A stretch of 53,954 bases of DNA. Source: a virus (taxonomy: Duplodnaviria > Caudoviricetes). The DNA is taken from IMG/VR virus record IMGVR_UViG_3300022562_000719, positions 1 to 53,954 of that record. One strand, given 5' to 3'. Under the pieces are notes generated by a model, which was not told the origin of the DNA, did not search any database, and saw nothing but the letters and a program-made list of their open reading frames with translations. Numbering within the stretch: the stretch's first letter is position 1; each line of letters begins with the position of its first letter. Below are positions 44,562 through 53,954 of this stretch, piece after piece. The position numbers and the translations under genes are program-made.

Positions 44562-45090
44562 TGCGGGTGATCCTTGCAAAGCCCTTGACGGTGTCGATCA
44601 TCTCGATGTTATACGCGCCGTTGAGCCGCTTCAAAGTATTCTGCTCGCCCTCGCGCTTGGCATCGTGCAACAGAATGACCGGCGCTCGGTCCAGCGCGAA
44701 CAGGAGCGTGTTCAACCGGCTGCAATTTTCCTGACCTGGAAAACGCGGCGCAAATTTCGGACTCGCTTCCATTCCAACAGGACTGTCGACGAATATCAGA
44801 TCGAACTTCTTACCGTTGAGTGCAGGGATCTCGATGACCGGCGTGTTGTTGTATGGAAGCAGCTTCACGTTCTTGTACTTGGCGAGGTTCGCCTTCGCGA
44901 TCATGAACCACTTGGCCTGGTGCTCCAGCGTCGTGATGTCGGTGCAACCAGCCTCGACCCATGCCAGCGTCGAATTGCCCGGGCCAAACTCCAGCACCGT
45001 CTTGGCGTTCGCGCGCTTGGCCTCGGCGATCAGCGTGCCGTAGTCGTCGAACGTGAATACGCTCTTTTCTTCCTTATACAGTTCAAACAC
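44551..45090 (-). CDS. Class I SAM-dependent methyltransferase
   Basis: VLEFGPGNST, LEH...W, FDLIFVD, LHDAKR. Confidence 0.75.
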   Translation of the reverse strand: MFELYKEEKSVFTFDDYGTLIAEAKRANAKTVLEFGPGNSTLAWVEAGCTDITTLEHQAKWFMIAKANLAKYKNVKLLPYNNTPVIEIPALNGKKFDLIFVDSPVGMEASPKFAPRFPGQENCSRLNTLLFALDRAPVILLHDAKREGEQNTLKRLNGAYNIEMIDTVKGFARITRNAA

Positions 45091-45754
45091 GCGCCACTTC
45101 CTCCTCGTAGTCGCCAAACGGAAACATCCGGTGCGCGCTGTCGGGGTTGACGTTCACGCACTCCAACCCGAACTTAGCTGCTGACTTCGCCACGTAATTG
45201 AGATCCGTCGCGTGCCGCGCCCAGTTTCCCTCGCGCTGATCGTAAGGGTGCTTCTCGTGGTGGTGCGTTCGCCCGTTGCCAGCCTTGCCGTCGAGGCCGA
45301 GCAGCACGCAGCGCTTCGCGCCGTAGTGCATCGCCACGTTGATCGCGGCGGTCATCGTCGTCGCGTTGATGCAAGCCGCCCCGCGATTAGTGGCCAAGCC
45401 GTTGTCGGGGCGGAAGCGCATCAGCGGCTTGAACCTCTTGTCAAACTTGCCGGCTGCGAGGCTTATGATCGTGCCGGCAAACGCTTTTAGCTCCTTGCGG
45501 TCCACGTGCCAGCCCCACCAATCCGGATCGCTGAACACCAGCGCGTCGGCTGAGGGGTAGGCAAGATAGCTGGTATTGATCACAATGACGCGCCTGCCGG
45601 CGAGCTTGCTCAGATCCAAGTTAAGAACCGAAGTGCCGCCGCCGAGTATGAAGACCGTCTCACCCGGCCACTCGCGCGGGACGCTCCAGAACAGGCTTCG
45701 TACAGGGACCACAGAGCGGAGTGTTACGTCCGCTCTGCGTATTACTTTCTGCAT
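45083..45754 (-). CDS. DUF115/Maf/MptE-like protein (sialyltransferase-like Rossmann fold)
   Basis: FILGGGTS, VIVIN, FSD..WW, GAKRCVLLGLD...HHH. Confidence 0.7.
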   Translation of the reverse strand: MQKVIRRADVTLRSVVPVRSLFWSVPREWPGETVFILGGGTSVLNLDLSKLAGRRVIVINTSYLAYPSADALVFSDPDWWGWHVDRKELKAFAGTIISLAAGKFDKRFKPLMRFRPDNGLATNRGAACINATTMTAAINVAMHYGAKRCVLLGLDGKAGNGRTHHHEKHPYDQREGNWARHATDLNYVAKSAAKFGLECVNVNPDSAHRMFPFGDYEEEVARV

Positions 45755-45760
45755 GGCCTA

Positions 45761-46765
45761 TCAGGTGGTCGCGTCGCTGCCTACCATCAGGCACTTCGGG
45801 AGCCGCACGTAGGACAGGTGGTTCGACTGAAGTTCCAGCCGCACGCCCTTGTCGTTGTCCATCGGAATCATCTTGCTGTAGCGCGGGAGGCCCACAGTGT
45901 TGACGGTCTCGATGTAGTCGGCAGGGCAGAACACGGTGTTGAACATGTTCGGCACGCCGAGCGGACCAAAGTAGCAGAGGTCCGGATCGATGAACGGCGT
46001 GTCGCCGATGTAGCCCTGATAGTTCTCGAACAGGATGCCAGCGTAATCGAGCTGCTGGTACGGAGCCAAGGTGCGCAACCGCTGGCCTTCCTGATACGCA
46101 AACGTGCCGCGCACTTCGGTGTGCGAGATCAGCCGATCCCAGAAGTTATCGCCGCACAACCCGAGGATGCCAGTGGACGGCAAGCCGCCCAGGTTCTTCT
46201 GAATCGTGCGAACGATACCGTAGCACTTCTGCGCCACCGCACCTGACGCGGGCGAGGTAGCTTGCAGATCGAAGTACACCTCGTCCTCCTGCGTCACGCC
46301 CATCTCGGTGAAGAGATTGAGCGTCGAGGAGTCGGCGTAGGTGATCACGCCCTTCCACGCGCCGACGCGCGTGGCTTCGAGCGTCGCGTCGAAGTACGGG
46401 ACGTTCTGCGCCATGCGGGCATTGACCACGCCCTGCACTGTTTGCGTAGCCATCTCGCTACCGAACGCGCGCACGCCCTGCACCTCGTCGGCCATTACCG
46501 CATCGTCGATCTCGAAGTGACGGGCAGGAATGGTGCGCATCGTGCGCTTGACCTTCTCGGTGGTCGTGCCGGGACCGCCGCGCGGCGTCGGAGAGATTAG
46601 CGAGATCACGCCGTCCACCTGTTCGAGTCCGACGCTGGTAGTTGTGATACCGCGTTCGCTGAAGATGCCCATCGCGCCGAGACGTCCAGGCGTGTAAGGC
46701 AAGTTGTTGAAGCTGTCGGTGAGTGAAAGAATACCGAAAGCATCAGAGTTGAAGACATCCAACAT
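45761..46765 (-). CDS. Major capsid protein (lambda gpE family)
   Basis: 334 aa; PRGGP, ADEVQGVRAFG, PADYIETVNTVGLPRY, QSN. Confidence 0.9.
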   Translation of the reverse strand: MLDVFNSDAFGILSLTDSFNNLPYTPGRLGAMGIFSERGITTTSVGLEQVDGVISLISPTPRGGPGTTTEKVKRTMRTIPARHFEIDDAVMADEVQGVRAFGSEMATQTVQGVVNARMAQNVPYFDATLEATRVGAWKGVITYADSSTLNLFTEMGVTQEDEVYFDLQATSPASGAVAQKCYGIVRTIQKNLGGLPSTGILGLCGDNFWDRLISHTEVRGTFAYQEGQRLRTLAPYQQLDYAGILFENYQGYIGDTPFIDPDLCYFGPLGVPNMFNTVFCPADYIETVNTVGLPRYSKMIPMDNDKGVRLELQSNHLSYVRLPKCLMVGSDATT

Positions 46766-46810
46766 TGCTCAGGTTCCTTTGTGGTTGAACGCTATGATGC
46801 GTTTCGGTTT

Positions 46811-47194
46811 CTAGCGGACTTTGATCTTGGAGTTGGACAGCAACTCCGCGTTCTTGGTGGCGATCTTGCTGCCGTCGTTCACCGTCGTGTCATAGAGCAG
46901 GCAGTTGCCGTTGACCTCCGCGTCGAGGTTAAGGACAGCCGCTACCACGTCAGCGTCGGTAGCGTCGACGTAGTTGATGCAGATGGCAATACCAGTCTGC
47001 GAGCCGTCAGCACCGGTTGCCGGCGACGGGACGTACTTGCCGCCGCTGGTGAGCTTGCCGAGCACGGTGCCGGGATAGACTTTGCCGGCTCCGCCGCTGC
47101 CGCCCAGGATCGTCACGTTGTCGCGCGACCCCGCACCATCCAGCTCGCTCAAGATGAACTCGCCAGCATGGTTCGTTTCAGTGAGTGTGGTCAT
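46811..47194 (-). CDS. Head decoration protein (gpD-like)
   Basis: FILSE...SRDNVTI...GTVLGK...ATGADGSQ. Confidence 0.85.
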   Translation of the reverse strand: MTTLTETNHAGEFILSELDGAGSRDNVTILGGSGGAGKVYPGTVLGKLTSGGKYVPSPATGADGSQTGIAICINYVDATDADVVAAVLNLDAEVNGNCLLYDTTVNDGSKIATKNAELLSNSKIKVR

Positions 47195-47233
47195 TGGTTG
47201 TCTTCCTTTTCAGAAGGGAGGGGTTCTGCGACG

Positions 47234-48646
47234 CTAGTGCTTGTGCATCTGAGCGTTGCGCTTCGCGTAGATGTCGGCAGCGTTTGGAACGCGCTGCTGC
47301 GACTGCGACTGGATCGGCGCAATCGGTCCACCCATCGCCAGCGCCGCGCCTTGTCCGCCCATGCGCTGCTCGATGGTGGGAGCAGCAGCCTGCTTCGGAA
47401 GGCTGGCGACGAACGCGATGACGTCGTCAGCCGACATGTCATTTGACTTGACCGCGAGCGAGAGGGCAACCGCCTCCCGGCCCTTGATCTTGTCGCTGCC
47501 GAGAATGGCCGCGAACTTTTCGTAGACGGCATTCGCGCCGGCAGTTCGCGCAACAGCAGCAGCCGCGTCAATCGACGCTTCCACCTGCGCAGGCGTGGTG
47601 AACACGGTCACCGTATTTCCCGCGATTTCGGCAGCGGGATCGCCGTTCAGTGTGTCCGACATAATTTGCTTCCTTTTGTTGGACAGGGTGGGGGCGATGC
47701 GGCCAACGAAGCCGCGCGGTTGAACCGCAGACATGGCATCAGTAAAGCTGCCAACTGCGTCGGCTAGTTTTTGTTTCACAGCGTCCTCGCCAATGAACGT
47801 CTGCGCTTCCATCGACATGATCGCATCGGCGGCGAGTCCCTGACGTCCAGCCGCGACAGTCTGCACGAACATGTCGTAGAATTTATTGACCTCCGCTTGC
47901 AGATCGGCGCGCACGCCGTCCGGTAGCGGTTGAAACGGATTGCCGTCGACCTTGTGCGCGCCGGCGAAGATGAGTGTGGTGGTGATGCCTTTCTTTTCGA
48001 GCGCGCGGCTGTAGTCGGCGTGCAGCAGCACGACGCCGATGGAGCCGAGCACGCCGGTCGGCGCGGTGAATATCTTGTTTGCGCCCGACGCTATCGCGTA
48101 GGCCGCAGACGCCGCCATGCCGTTAACAGAGGCGACAACAGGTTTCTTGGATGCCGCAGCTCGGACCACATCCGCTGTCTCAAAAGCTCCAACCGCCTCA
48201 CCTCCAGGGCTTTCGATGTCAAGGACGATGCCCTTGACGCGTGGATTGGCTGCTGCATGATTGATCTGGAACTGAAGTCCTTCATAGCTGGTCTCTCCTG
48301 AGCTGGAGCCGAGCCACGCACCGCGATTGACGAGCGAACCGAACACGCCGATGATGGCGGTGCTGTCTTGCATTCGATACGGCAGCTTCTCAACTCTACC
48401 AGTGACCGGGTCTGCAACTTGGTTCGAACCGACGAACTGCGAGGCGGCGGGAGGTGCTGGACCACGCAAAATTTGATTCGCAATTTCTAGCGTCTCTGGA
48501 AATGTATTGATCCCAACCAATTCTTTTTCCGGTATTTCAACAGGTATCCGTCCCTCCAGTACACTCAGGATGAGCGGGATCTTGTCCTTGTGCACGAGCA
48601 GCGGGCGATTGAGCACGCGCTCCGCGATGCGGTAGAGCATTGTCAT
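47234..48646 (-). CDS. S49 head maturation protease with nested scaffold (gpC/Nu3-like)
   Basis: DIESPGG, AASAAY, GSIGV, AGAHKVDGNP; in-frame internal ATG at 47662 after AAGGA. Confidence 0.9.
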   Translation of the reverse strand: MTMLYRIAERVLNRPLLVHKDKIPLILSVLEGRIPVEIPEKELVGINTFPETLEIANQILRGPAPPAASQFVGSNQVADPVTGRVEKLPYRMQDSTAIIGVFGSLVNRGAWLGSSSGETSYEGLQFQINHAAANPRVKGIVLDIESPGGEAVGAFETADVVRAAASKKPVVASVNGMAASAAYAIASGANKIFTAPTGVLGSIGVVLLHADYSRALEKKGITTTLIFAGAHKVDGNPFQPLPDGVRADLQAEVNKFYDMFVQTVAAGRQGLAADAIMSMEAQTFIGEDAVKQKLADAVGSFTDAMSAVQPRGFVGRIAPTLSNKRKQIMSDTLNGDPAAEIAGNTVTVFTTPAQVEASIDAAAAVARTAGANAVYEKFAAILGSDKIKGREAVALSLAVKSNDMSADDVIAFVASLPKQAAAPTIEQRMGGQGAALAMGGPIAPIQSQSQQRVPNAADIYAKRNAQMHKH

Positions 48647-49301
48647 TGTAATGGATCCCTAAACTCTATAACCACTTTGCCATGCACGCGCTCAAGCACC
48701 CACTCACTCTCATCTTCGTTAAGTTTATAACTTAATGGGTCATCCGGATCGGTAAGTATATTACGATCAACCCAGCCTTCTTCTTCATTTGCTCGCTGTA
48801 CCAACGGCTGCTCAACGCCATCAAGATAGACAAAACAATGTTTCGGAGTTCCAATCGTCTCCGTCTCTTCGTCAAACCCAACGAGTCCAAGCTGAAACGC
48901 ATCATATCCTGGTTCACCTTCGAATACAGAAATCTGCATCACATCCTCGTCAACCGCTCGCCGAGCGCGGCGAACAGAACCATGAACAAGATCGCGAACC
49001 ACGCTGCTCCGAGACTGCGCTTGTCGTCTTTCTGAATCGCGCCGAATGCTATCGCCCAGATATATGAAATAAGAATCAGCGTGTACCCCAGTATGTCCTT
49101 GAACATTCAGCTCGCACCCATGCTGTCGTGCGGATCGTCGCAGGCGCGCGTTATCTTCTCGACGAATATCTTCAAATACTTTTCCAGGTCGCCGATGCTT
49201 TCGCCGGACAGCTTGGCAGGATAGGTGATAACCACCTGACCTTCAGTCAAAGTAAAAGTTTCTTTTACCGAGTTGTGTTTATTCACGTCGTACCACCCCA
49301 T
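48643..49301 (-). CDS. Three small inserted genes (48643-48939 acidic; 48939-49106 two-TM; 49107-49301)
   Basis: TGATG/TGAATG-coupled ORFs between the gpW-like gene and the protease. Confidence 0.6.
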
Positions 49302-49304
49302 AAA

Positions 49305-49532
49305 TCACCCCGCCGTTATCGCGCGACGCCGCGACAATCCCTGCGCCCGGTTGCACTGCTGTTCGAGCTGCTGCATGAGCGCGCGAAGCTCGTTCATGTT
49401 GACCGCGCTATAGCGGTTAAGCTCATCGCCGTGGCGCACCTCGATGACACCGCCGTCCGTCATCGCCTTGAAGTAGCGCGGGCGAAGCCACGTGAGGACA
49501 GCGCAGGGATCGGTCCAGTCAGGGTCAGCCAT
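49305..49532 (-). CDS. gpW-like head-tail adaptor
   Basis: DPC..L...VRHGDE..RY...LRAL..QL...RRRAI. Confidence 0.65.
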   Translation of the reverse strand: MADPDWTDPCAVLTWLRPRYFKAMTDGGVIEVRHGDELNRYSAVNMNELRALMQQLEQQCNRAQGLSRRRAITAG

Positions 49533-51126
49533 TGGGTGCGCCTCCTTGCTGCTGCACCGCTGTGCGGTCGGCGCTGCGTGGGTTCGGCTGCGCCTTAAGC
49601 ACAGGGTCAGCTATGCCCAGCTCGGCGCGGCGGTCCTGTTCGCGCTTGCGCTGCTCGTACCAGTCGTCGACGTCGCCGCCGTAGGGTGCGAACACAACGC
49701 TGTCGGGCACGCCGATCTCCTGCAACGTCTGCGCGGCCATCGCTGACTTAAGCTCGTCGGCCTGCGGCATGGTCGGCCCGCGCCACACGCTCTGCGCGGC
49801 AGCTTCCTTGTTCGCGAGGTACGCCTGCACGCCGCCAGGAAACGGCGTGCGCCCTGCCTCGATGTCCTCCTCAAGCCACGCCTCGTAGCACTTCTGCGCG
49901 AACGGCGCGACGATATTCTTGCGCCGGTAGACAACGCGCGGCCAATTGGTAGCAGTGCCCATCTTGACGCTGGAAAACGTCGCGCCGGCATAGTCTCCGG
50001 TAAACTCCTCGTAAGTCATCGCGGCGGCGCGGCTGCACTCGCGCAGCAGGAACTTGGCGAACGGTTCATAGGTCTGGTTCGGATGTTCGCTGCGGAAGAA
50101 TTGTAGCTCATCGCCGGGAAACCCATGTAGTATCTTGCCAGCATTTCCCAAGTTGATGTCAGTCTGACGATACCATTCGGCCTTCTCGACGATGAGCCTT
50201 TCAAAAGCCTTTTGCTCGCCGGTCGTCTGCATCGCCTCGATCACGTCGTCTGTCGGCGCTGCGGACTTAAACATCGCGGCGAACACCGCTTGAATGATCG
50301 CGGCAGTGAGCGTGGCATCTGCGAGCTGGTCGAACTGCCGCGTGACTTTCAATATGGGAGTGAACGGGCTGATGCCGCGCACCTGATCGGGATCGCCGTC
50401 GAACACGTGCACGACCAGCGGGCGTCCCATGACGTCAGTCGCTGGCACCTCGACGTCCTCGATGTTGTCGTACATCGGGTAAGGAATGCGGTTGAGCACG
50501 TAGCCAACCGGCGCTCCGGTCGCGTCGACACGCACGCCGTTGAACAGGTTCGGCATCTCCGTGCGCAGGCTCATGCGCCAAGCAGGCAGCAGCTTGACCT
50601 TGGTCTTGAACATGGTGCCCTGCCGCTCGATCCACGGTAGCGTCGCCAGGATCTCGCCGGTCGCCATGTAATGGCGGTACGCTTGACACTGCATCTGCCC
50701 GAACGAGAAGCGCGCTCCGGCGTCGCAGGCGCGCGGGTGCTCGGCCCACATGCTGAAGCGCGTCTCGACCTCTCGAGCCCACTGGTTCGCAAACGACTGC
50801 TCCCAGCCGAGCGCTTGCGCGTTGGGCTTCGCGCCGAGCTGCAAGCCGTCGCCTACGACGGAGGCCACCGACTGCTCGATGCAGCCCGCGAGCCAGCCTG
50901 AGTTCTGTATGCTGTTGACGGTCCGCGCGGTCGCCATCCGCCACGCGGCGCGCACGTCGTCGTTCGCCTCGCGCAGCGCGGGGTGCCAGTGGAAGAAGAC
51001 CGGCGACGCGCTCATGCTGCCGCCTGCGTAGCCTGACTGCCCGCGCGAGTGAAAGCCGACGTTGCTGCCGGCCTTGGCGCGCGGCTTAGTCAGCGCGGAG
51101 CGAGTGCGTGGTGCTTTGCGTTTCAT
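49525..51126 (-). CDS. Portal protein (lambda family)
   Basis: VVGDGL, QVRGISPF, GDYAGATFSSVK. Confidence 0.92.
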   Translation of the reverse strand: MKRKAPRTRSALTKPRAKAGSNVGFHSRGQSGYAGGSMSASPVFFHWHPALREANDDVRAAWRMATARTVNSIQNSGWLAGCIEQSVASVVGDGLQLGAKPNAQALGWEQSFANQWAREVETRFSMWAEHPRACDAGARFSFGQMQCQAYRHYMATGEILATLPWIERQGTMFKTKVKLLPAWRMSLRTEMPNLFNGVRVDATGAPVGYVLNRIPYPMYDNIEDVEVPATDVMGRPLVVHVFDGDPDQVRGISPFTPILKVTRQFDQLADATLTAAIIQAVFAAMFKSAAPTDDVIEAMQTTGEQKAFERLIVEKAEWYRQTDINLGNAGKILHGFPGDELQFFRSEHPNQTYEPFAKFLLRECSRAAAMTYEEFTGDYAGATFSSVKMGTATNWPRVVYRRKNIVAPFAQKCYEAWLEEDIEAGRTPFPGGVQAYLANKEAAAQSVWRGPTMPQADELKSAMAAQTLQEIGVPDSVVFAPYGGDVDDWYEQRKREQDRRAELGIADPVLKAQPNPRSADRTAVQQQGGAPNG

Positions 51127-53069
51127 CTATTCAACATCCCTGACAATCGACCGAAGCGCGGCTGCGGCGTGGAGGGCGGCATCTGGTCCTTCGGCTTCGC
51201 TGCATGTGCGGAAGTAGTGAGGACATCAGGACGGGCAACGACATCCTGAGGGGGCGGGCTAGTCGTCGGGGAAGCCTGACGCCTCTCTACTTCGCGCACC
51301 GCACGCAAGCGTTCCCAGTTCTCGGGACCGCGTGTGTACCAACCGCAGCGGACGGCAGCCGCCTCTGCGTAAATCTCGGTATCAAGAACTTCGTTTCGGT
51401 CGTGAGCCAGCCGCCACACCGCACGCGGGAATCCCCAACGGTCCACTACCACCTCTCGCCGCTCAGCAGTAAGCTGCATGTAAAACTCATCCGCGAGTCC
51501 GCGTGGATAACCGCAATAGCCACGTGCGGTGGGGTCCAGTTTTTTAAGCTGCTCGTATAGGGACGACTTAAGGCCGCTAGTCCCCACATTGTAGAAACGC
51601 TTCTGCGCCTTGACTGTCTTTCCATCGCTACGCTTCTCCGTCTTGGTCAGTTGCAGCGGCGGAGCGTTGTCGGACTTCGCGCCGCGAACGATGATAACCT
51701 TGTTCCATGAATGCTTGCGCTCACGCACCCAACCGAACACGTCGTTGGTCCAGGCGTTGCCGTCAATGGCGAGCATGTCGATGTGCTGCCCGCCGATGGA
51801 GTGGAACAGTAATTTGTCCAGAGCGTCTCTGCACTCAATCGTCGATATGTGATGAGGTATAACGCGATAGTCAATAGTCCAACGGCGAAGCTGATCTCCA
51901 AAACCCTTGACGTGAACTTCCGTCCGGTCACCCTGGCAGTCAACGCCAACGCATATAAGCAGAGCACCAGCAGGAACAGTTCCACGTTCGTAGTCAGTTG
52001 CGCGATCACGGATGGCCTCCCACGGAGGTGCCTCGCTCGCACGCTCAAACTCCAACCCCAGCACCTCGTTGAAAAATACCTGCTCAGCAGCCGGGTCTCC
52101 CTCAGCCGCCAACCACTCGGACGCGATTGAGGCCCAATCGCGCGCCGTGCTGTATGCACGCCAGATGTGGAAGCTGACGTCGACGGCTGAGGGATTTTCG
52201 GCGACCCATCGACCGCGCCGAAGAATGTCCAGCTTGTGCTTGTGCTCTATAATTCCGCCGCAGCTCACGCAGGTGAAGTGCGCTTCGTCTTCCTTGCCTT
52301 GCTCGATGCTGGCCTGGAAGTTCGCCCATTCGAGCGGCTGGTAGTGCTCGCAGTGCGGACAGGGCACGTGCCACTTTTCCTGAGTGCCTCCAACGTAGGC
52401 GCGGCTAATGCGGCAAGTCTTAGCAACGAGCGGCGAAGATATCTTGAACAACTTGGCCCAATCGAAAGCACTACTGCGTCCGTCGGCTTGCCGCTCGGGA
52501 TCTCCTGCTTCATTGGGCACCCACTTCGATAGATCGTCCTGCACCTGACGCGGCACGGAGATCATCGCGAGCGAGGCTTCTGAGTTCGCGCCGCTTATCT
52601 GCAACCAGCCGCGCCCGTCGCGTCGCTCCTGGTAAAGCACAGTGTCGGTGCTGTCACGCGTCTTGACCGTGCCGAACATGTCGCGCAGCTTCTCGCTCTG
52701 CCGCCGCATCGGCAACCACTTCGTGCGCGCCCAGCGCATGGCGTTGTCGTGCGTCGGCAGCACGTAGAGGAACGGACCTGGGTCGAGGTCCATGATCGCC
52801 GCCAGGAAAATCTGCGCCACGGTGGTCTTGAAGATTTGCACCGACGCCTTCAGCGTGACGGTGCGCGACGGATGCTCGGGCGAGAGGCACTGTAGAATAC
52901 GCTCCATCGGCGGGTGCGTGTTGCGACGGTAGGGACCGCGAAACGGCGACTCGCTCCCGAACACGATGTTCTTCTCCGCCCACGCGTTAAGGTCCATCGG
53001 CGGCGGCGGTTTAAGACCGCGCGCCATCACCGCGTTGGCAACCTTTACTGGGTCGGCGAGGATGTTCAC
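51123..53069 (-). CDS. Terminase large subunit (GpA family)
   Basis: SVQIFKT, VPCPHC...CVSC, FFNEVLG, GVDCQ, RNEVLDT..YA.AA. Confidence 0.95.
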   Translation of the reverse strand: MNILADPVKVANAVMARGLKPPPPMDLNAWAEKNIVFGSESPFRGPYRRNTHPPMERILQCLSPEHPSRTVTLKASVQIFKTTVAQIFLAAIMDLDPGPFLYVLPTHDNAMRWARTKWLPMRRQSEKLRDMFGTVKTRDSTDTVLYQERRDGRGWLQISGANSEASLAMISVPRQVQDDLSKWVPNEAGDPERQADGRSSAFDWAKLFKISSPLVAKTCRISRAYVGGTQEKWHVPCPHCEHYQPLEWANFQASIEQGKEDEAHFTCVSCGGIIEHKHKLDILRRGRWVAENPSAVDVSFHIWRAYSTARDWASIASEWLAAEGDPAAEQVFFNEVLGLEFERASEAPPWEAIRDRATDYERGTVPAGALLICVGVDCQGDRTEVHVKGFGDQLRRWTIDYRVIPHHISTIECRDALDKLLFHSIGGQHIDMLAIDGNAWTNDVFGWVRERKHSWNKVIIVRGAKSDNAPPLQLTKTEKRSDGKTVKAQKRFYNVGTSGLKSSLYEQLKKLDPTARGYCGYPRGLADEFYMQLTAERREVVVDRWGFPRAVWRLAHDRNEVLDTEIYAEAAAVRCGWYTRGPENWERLRAVREVERRQASPTTSPPPQDVVARPDVLTTSAHAAKPKDQMPPSTPQPRFGRLSGMLNR

Positions 53070-53347
53070 GCCGCAATCCTGTGCAGTATGGATTCAAACT
53101 CCGCGCGTGCGCGCCGCTCCTTACCACGCACCAGCGCCAGCGCGATCTTGCCGCGATCAGTGAGGCGGTACTTGTTGCACGTCTTGTAGATCAGTTCGTT
53201 CTTGTAAAGCTTATGCACCGCCGCGTCCGCTGAGCGCCTGCCCCAGCCCGAACGGTCCTGAAGCTCGCAGCGTTGCATCTCGCCCGCGCGGTCTATCGCC
53301 TCCAGCACGTCGCGGTCGAAGTTGTAGAGGCGGTGGAGGTGGTTCAC
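53066..53347 (-). CDS. Winged-helix DNA-binding protein
   Basis: AVHKLYKNELI...YRLTDRGK. Confidence 0.6.
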   Translation of the reverse strand: MNHLHRLYNFDRDVLEAIDRAGEMQRCELQDRSGWGRRSADAAVHKLYKNELIYKTCNKYRLTDRGKIALALVRGKERRARAEFESILHRIAA

Positions 53348-53910
53348 TCGGCAGCCTCCGCGAACTCCTTCGACTTGTCGGCCTGGAAGCGGCGGTAGCT
53401 GGCGCGGGCCTCAGTTGCCACGAGACGCCAGTCGAGGTCGAACTTGGCGGCGAGGTCTTTGGGCAAAATATTGACTATGAAGAAGTCGTTGTCCTGCATG
53501 AAAGCGGCTTGTACTTTGCCCCACGCTTTTTCTGCTTCCTCGCGGTCCAGCCAGCGACCTTCTTCCTTGGCGAGTTCGAGCTTGAGGCGCTCAGCTTTCA
53601 GCTCTGCCTGCTGGGCCTCAGCGTTGCGGCGTCTGCGCATGGTGGTGACAGTTTGGTCCGACGCAGTAACTACATCCTCCACCACAGGTGCTACGTCGCA
53701 GGTTGCGGTCTTGGTGGGCCTGCGGTCGTCCGATAATTCCTTGAGGTCAAACATGGCGCGCTCGTACCATATCTTCCCGTCCACCACCGCTGCTGGTGTG
53801 ATGCGACCGCGCTCGATCCATTGGGAAATGGTGGGGTTAGCGCGCCCCAGGCGGCGTGCGAGTTCTGACTTACTTATAAGGGTTTTTCCGCTGAGCGTTT
53901 CGATTGCCAT
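53344..53910 (-). CDS. Terminase small subunit (Nu1-like)
   Basis: N-terminal HTH (SKSELARRLG...ISQWIERGRI), coiled coil, GRWLDREE. Confidence 0.8.
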   Translation of the reverse strand: MAIETLSGKTLISKSELARRLGRANPTISQWIERGRITPAAVVDGKIWYERAMFDLKELSDDRRPTKTATCDVAPVVEDVVTASDQTVTTMRRRRNAEAQQAELKAERLKLELAKEEGRWLDREEAEKAWGKVQAAFMQDNDFFIVNILPKDLAAKFDLDWRLVATEARASYRRFQADKSKEFAEAAE

Positions 53911-53954
53911 TACTTCGTTCCGTAGGAAAAGAATCGGCTGCTGAATTTATCCCT

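Noticed and set aside
1-53954. Lysogeny module, diversity-generating retroelement or invertible tail segment
   Set aside because: No integrase, repressor, ParA, reverse transcriptase, invertase or template/variable repeat pair was recognised.

Overview
This window looks like a near-complete ~54 kb tailed dsDNA phage genome of an alphaproteobacterial host, inferred from a GcrA homologue, a suhB/MmgR-like sRNA and a GANTC cluster. It appears to be opened beside the packaging site. I saw no integrase or repressor. Layout: (1) leftward replication arm, 223-9365 (NusG/RfaH-like factor, ~1.5 kb repeat-rich ori-like region, RepB primase-helicase, Cas4-like nuclease, DUF669 SSB, Sak4-like ATPase, VRR-NUC, PolA). 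(2) Rightward early/middle arm, 9563-25420 (small genes, UvrD-like helicase, a 7-deazaguanine DNA-modification operon, GcrA, and a repeat-punctuated mini-gene array ending in a tRNA-like element). (3) Leftward late arm, 25555-53910 (lambda-like head genes, a glycosyltransferase/methyltransferase block behind the capsid gene, siphovirus tail genes, lysis cassette). Best candidates for novelty: the deazaguanine operon with a PRTase-FolE fusion, an NDT-like enzyme and a clamp-like gene; the 10-repeat mini-gene array; helically phased GANTC sites in the ori-like region of a GcrA-encoding phage; and a putative virion-glycosylation block. All calls are by-eye motif recognition; no searches were run.
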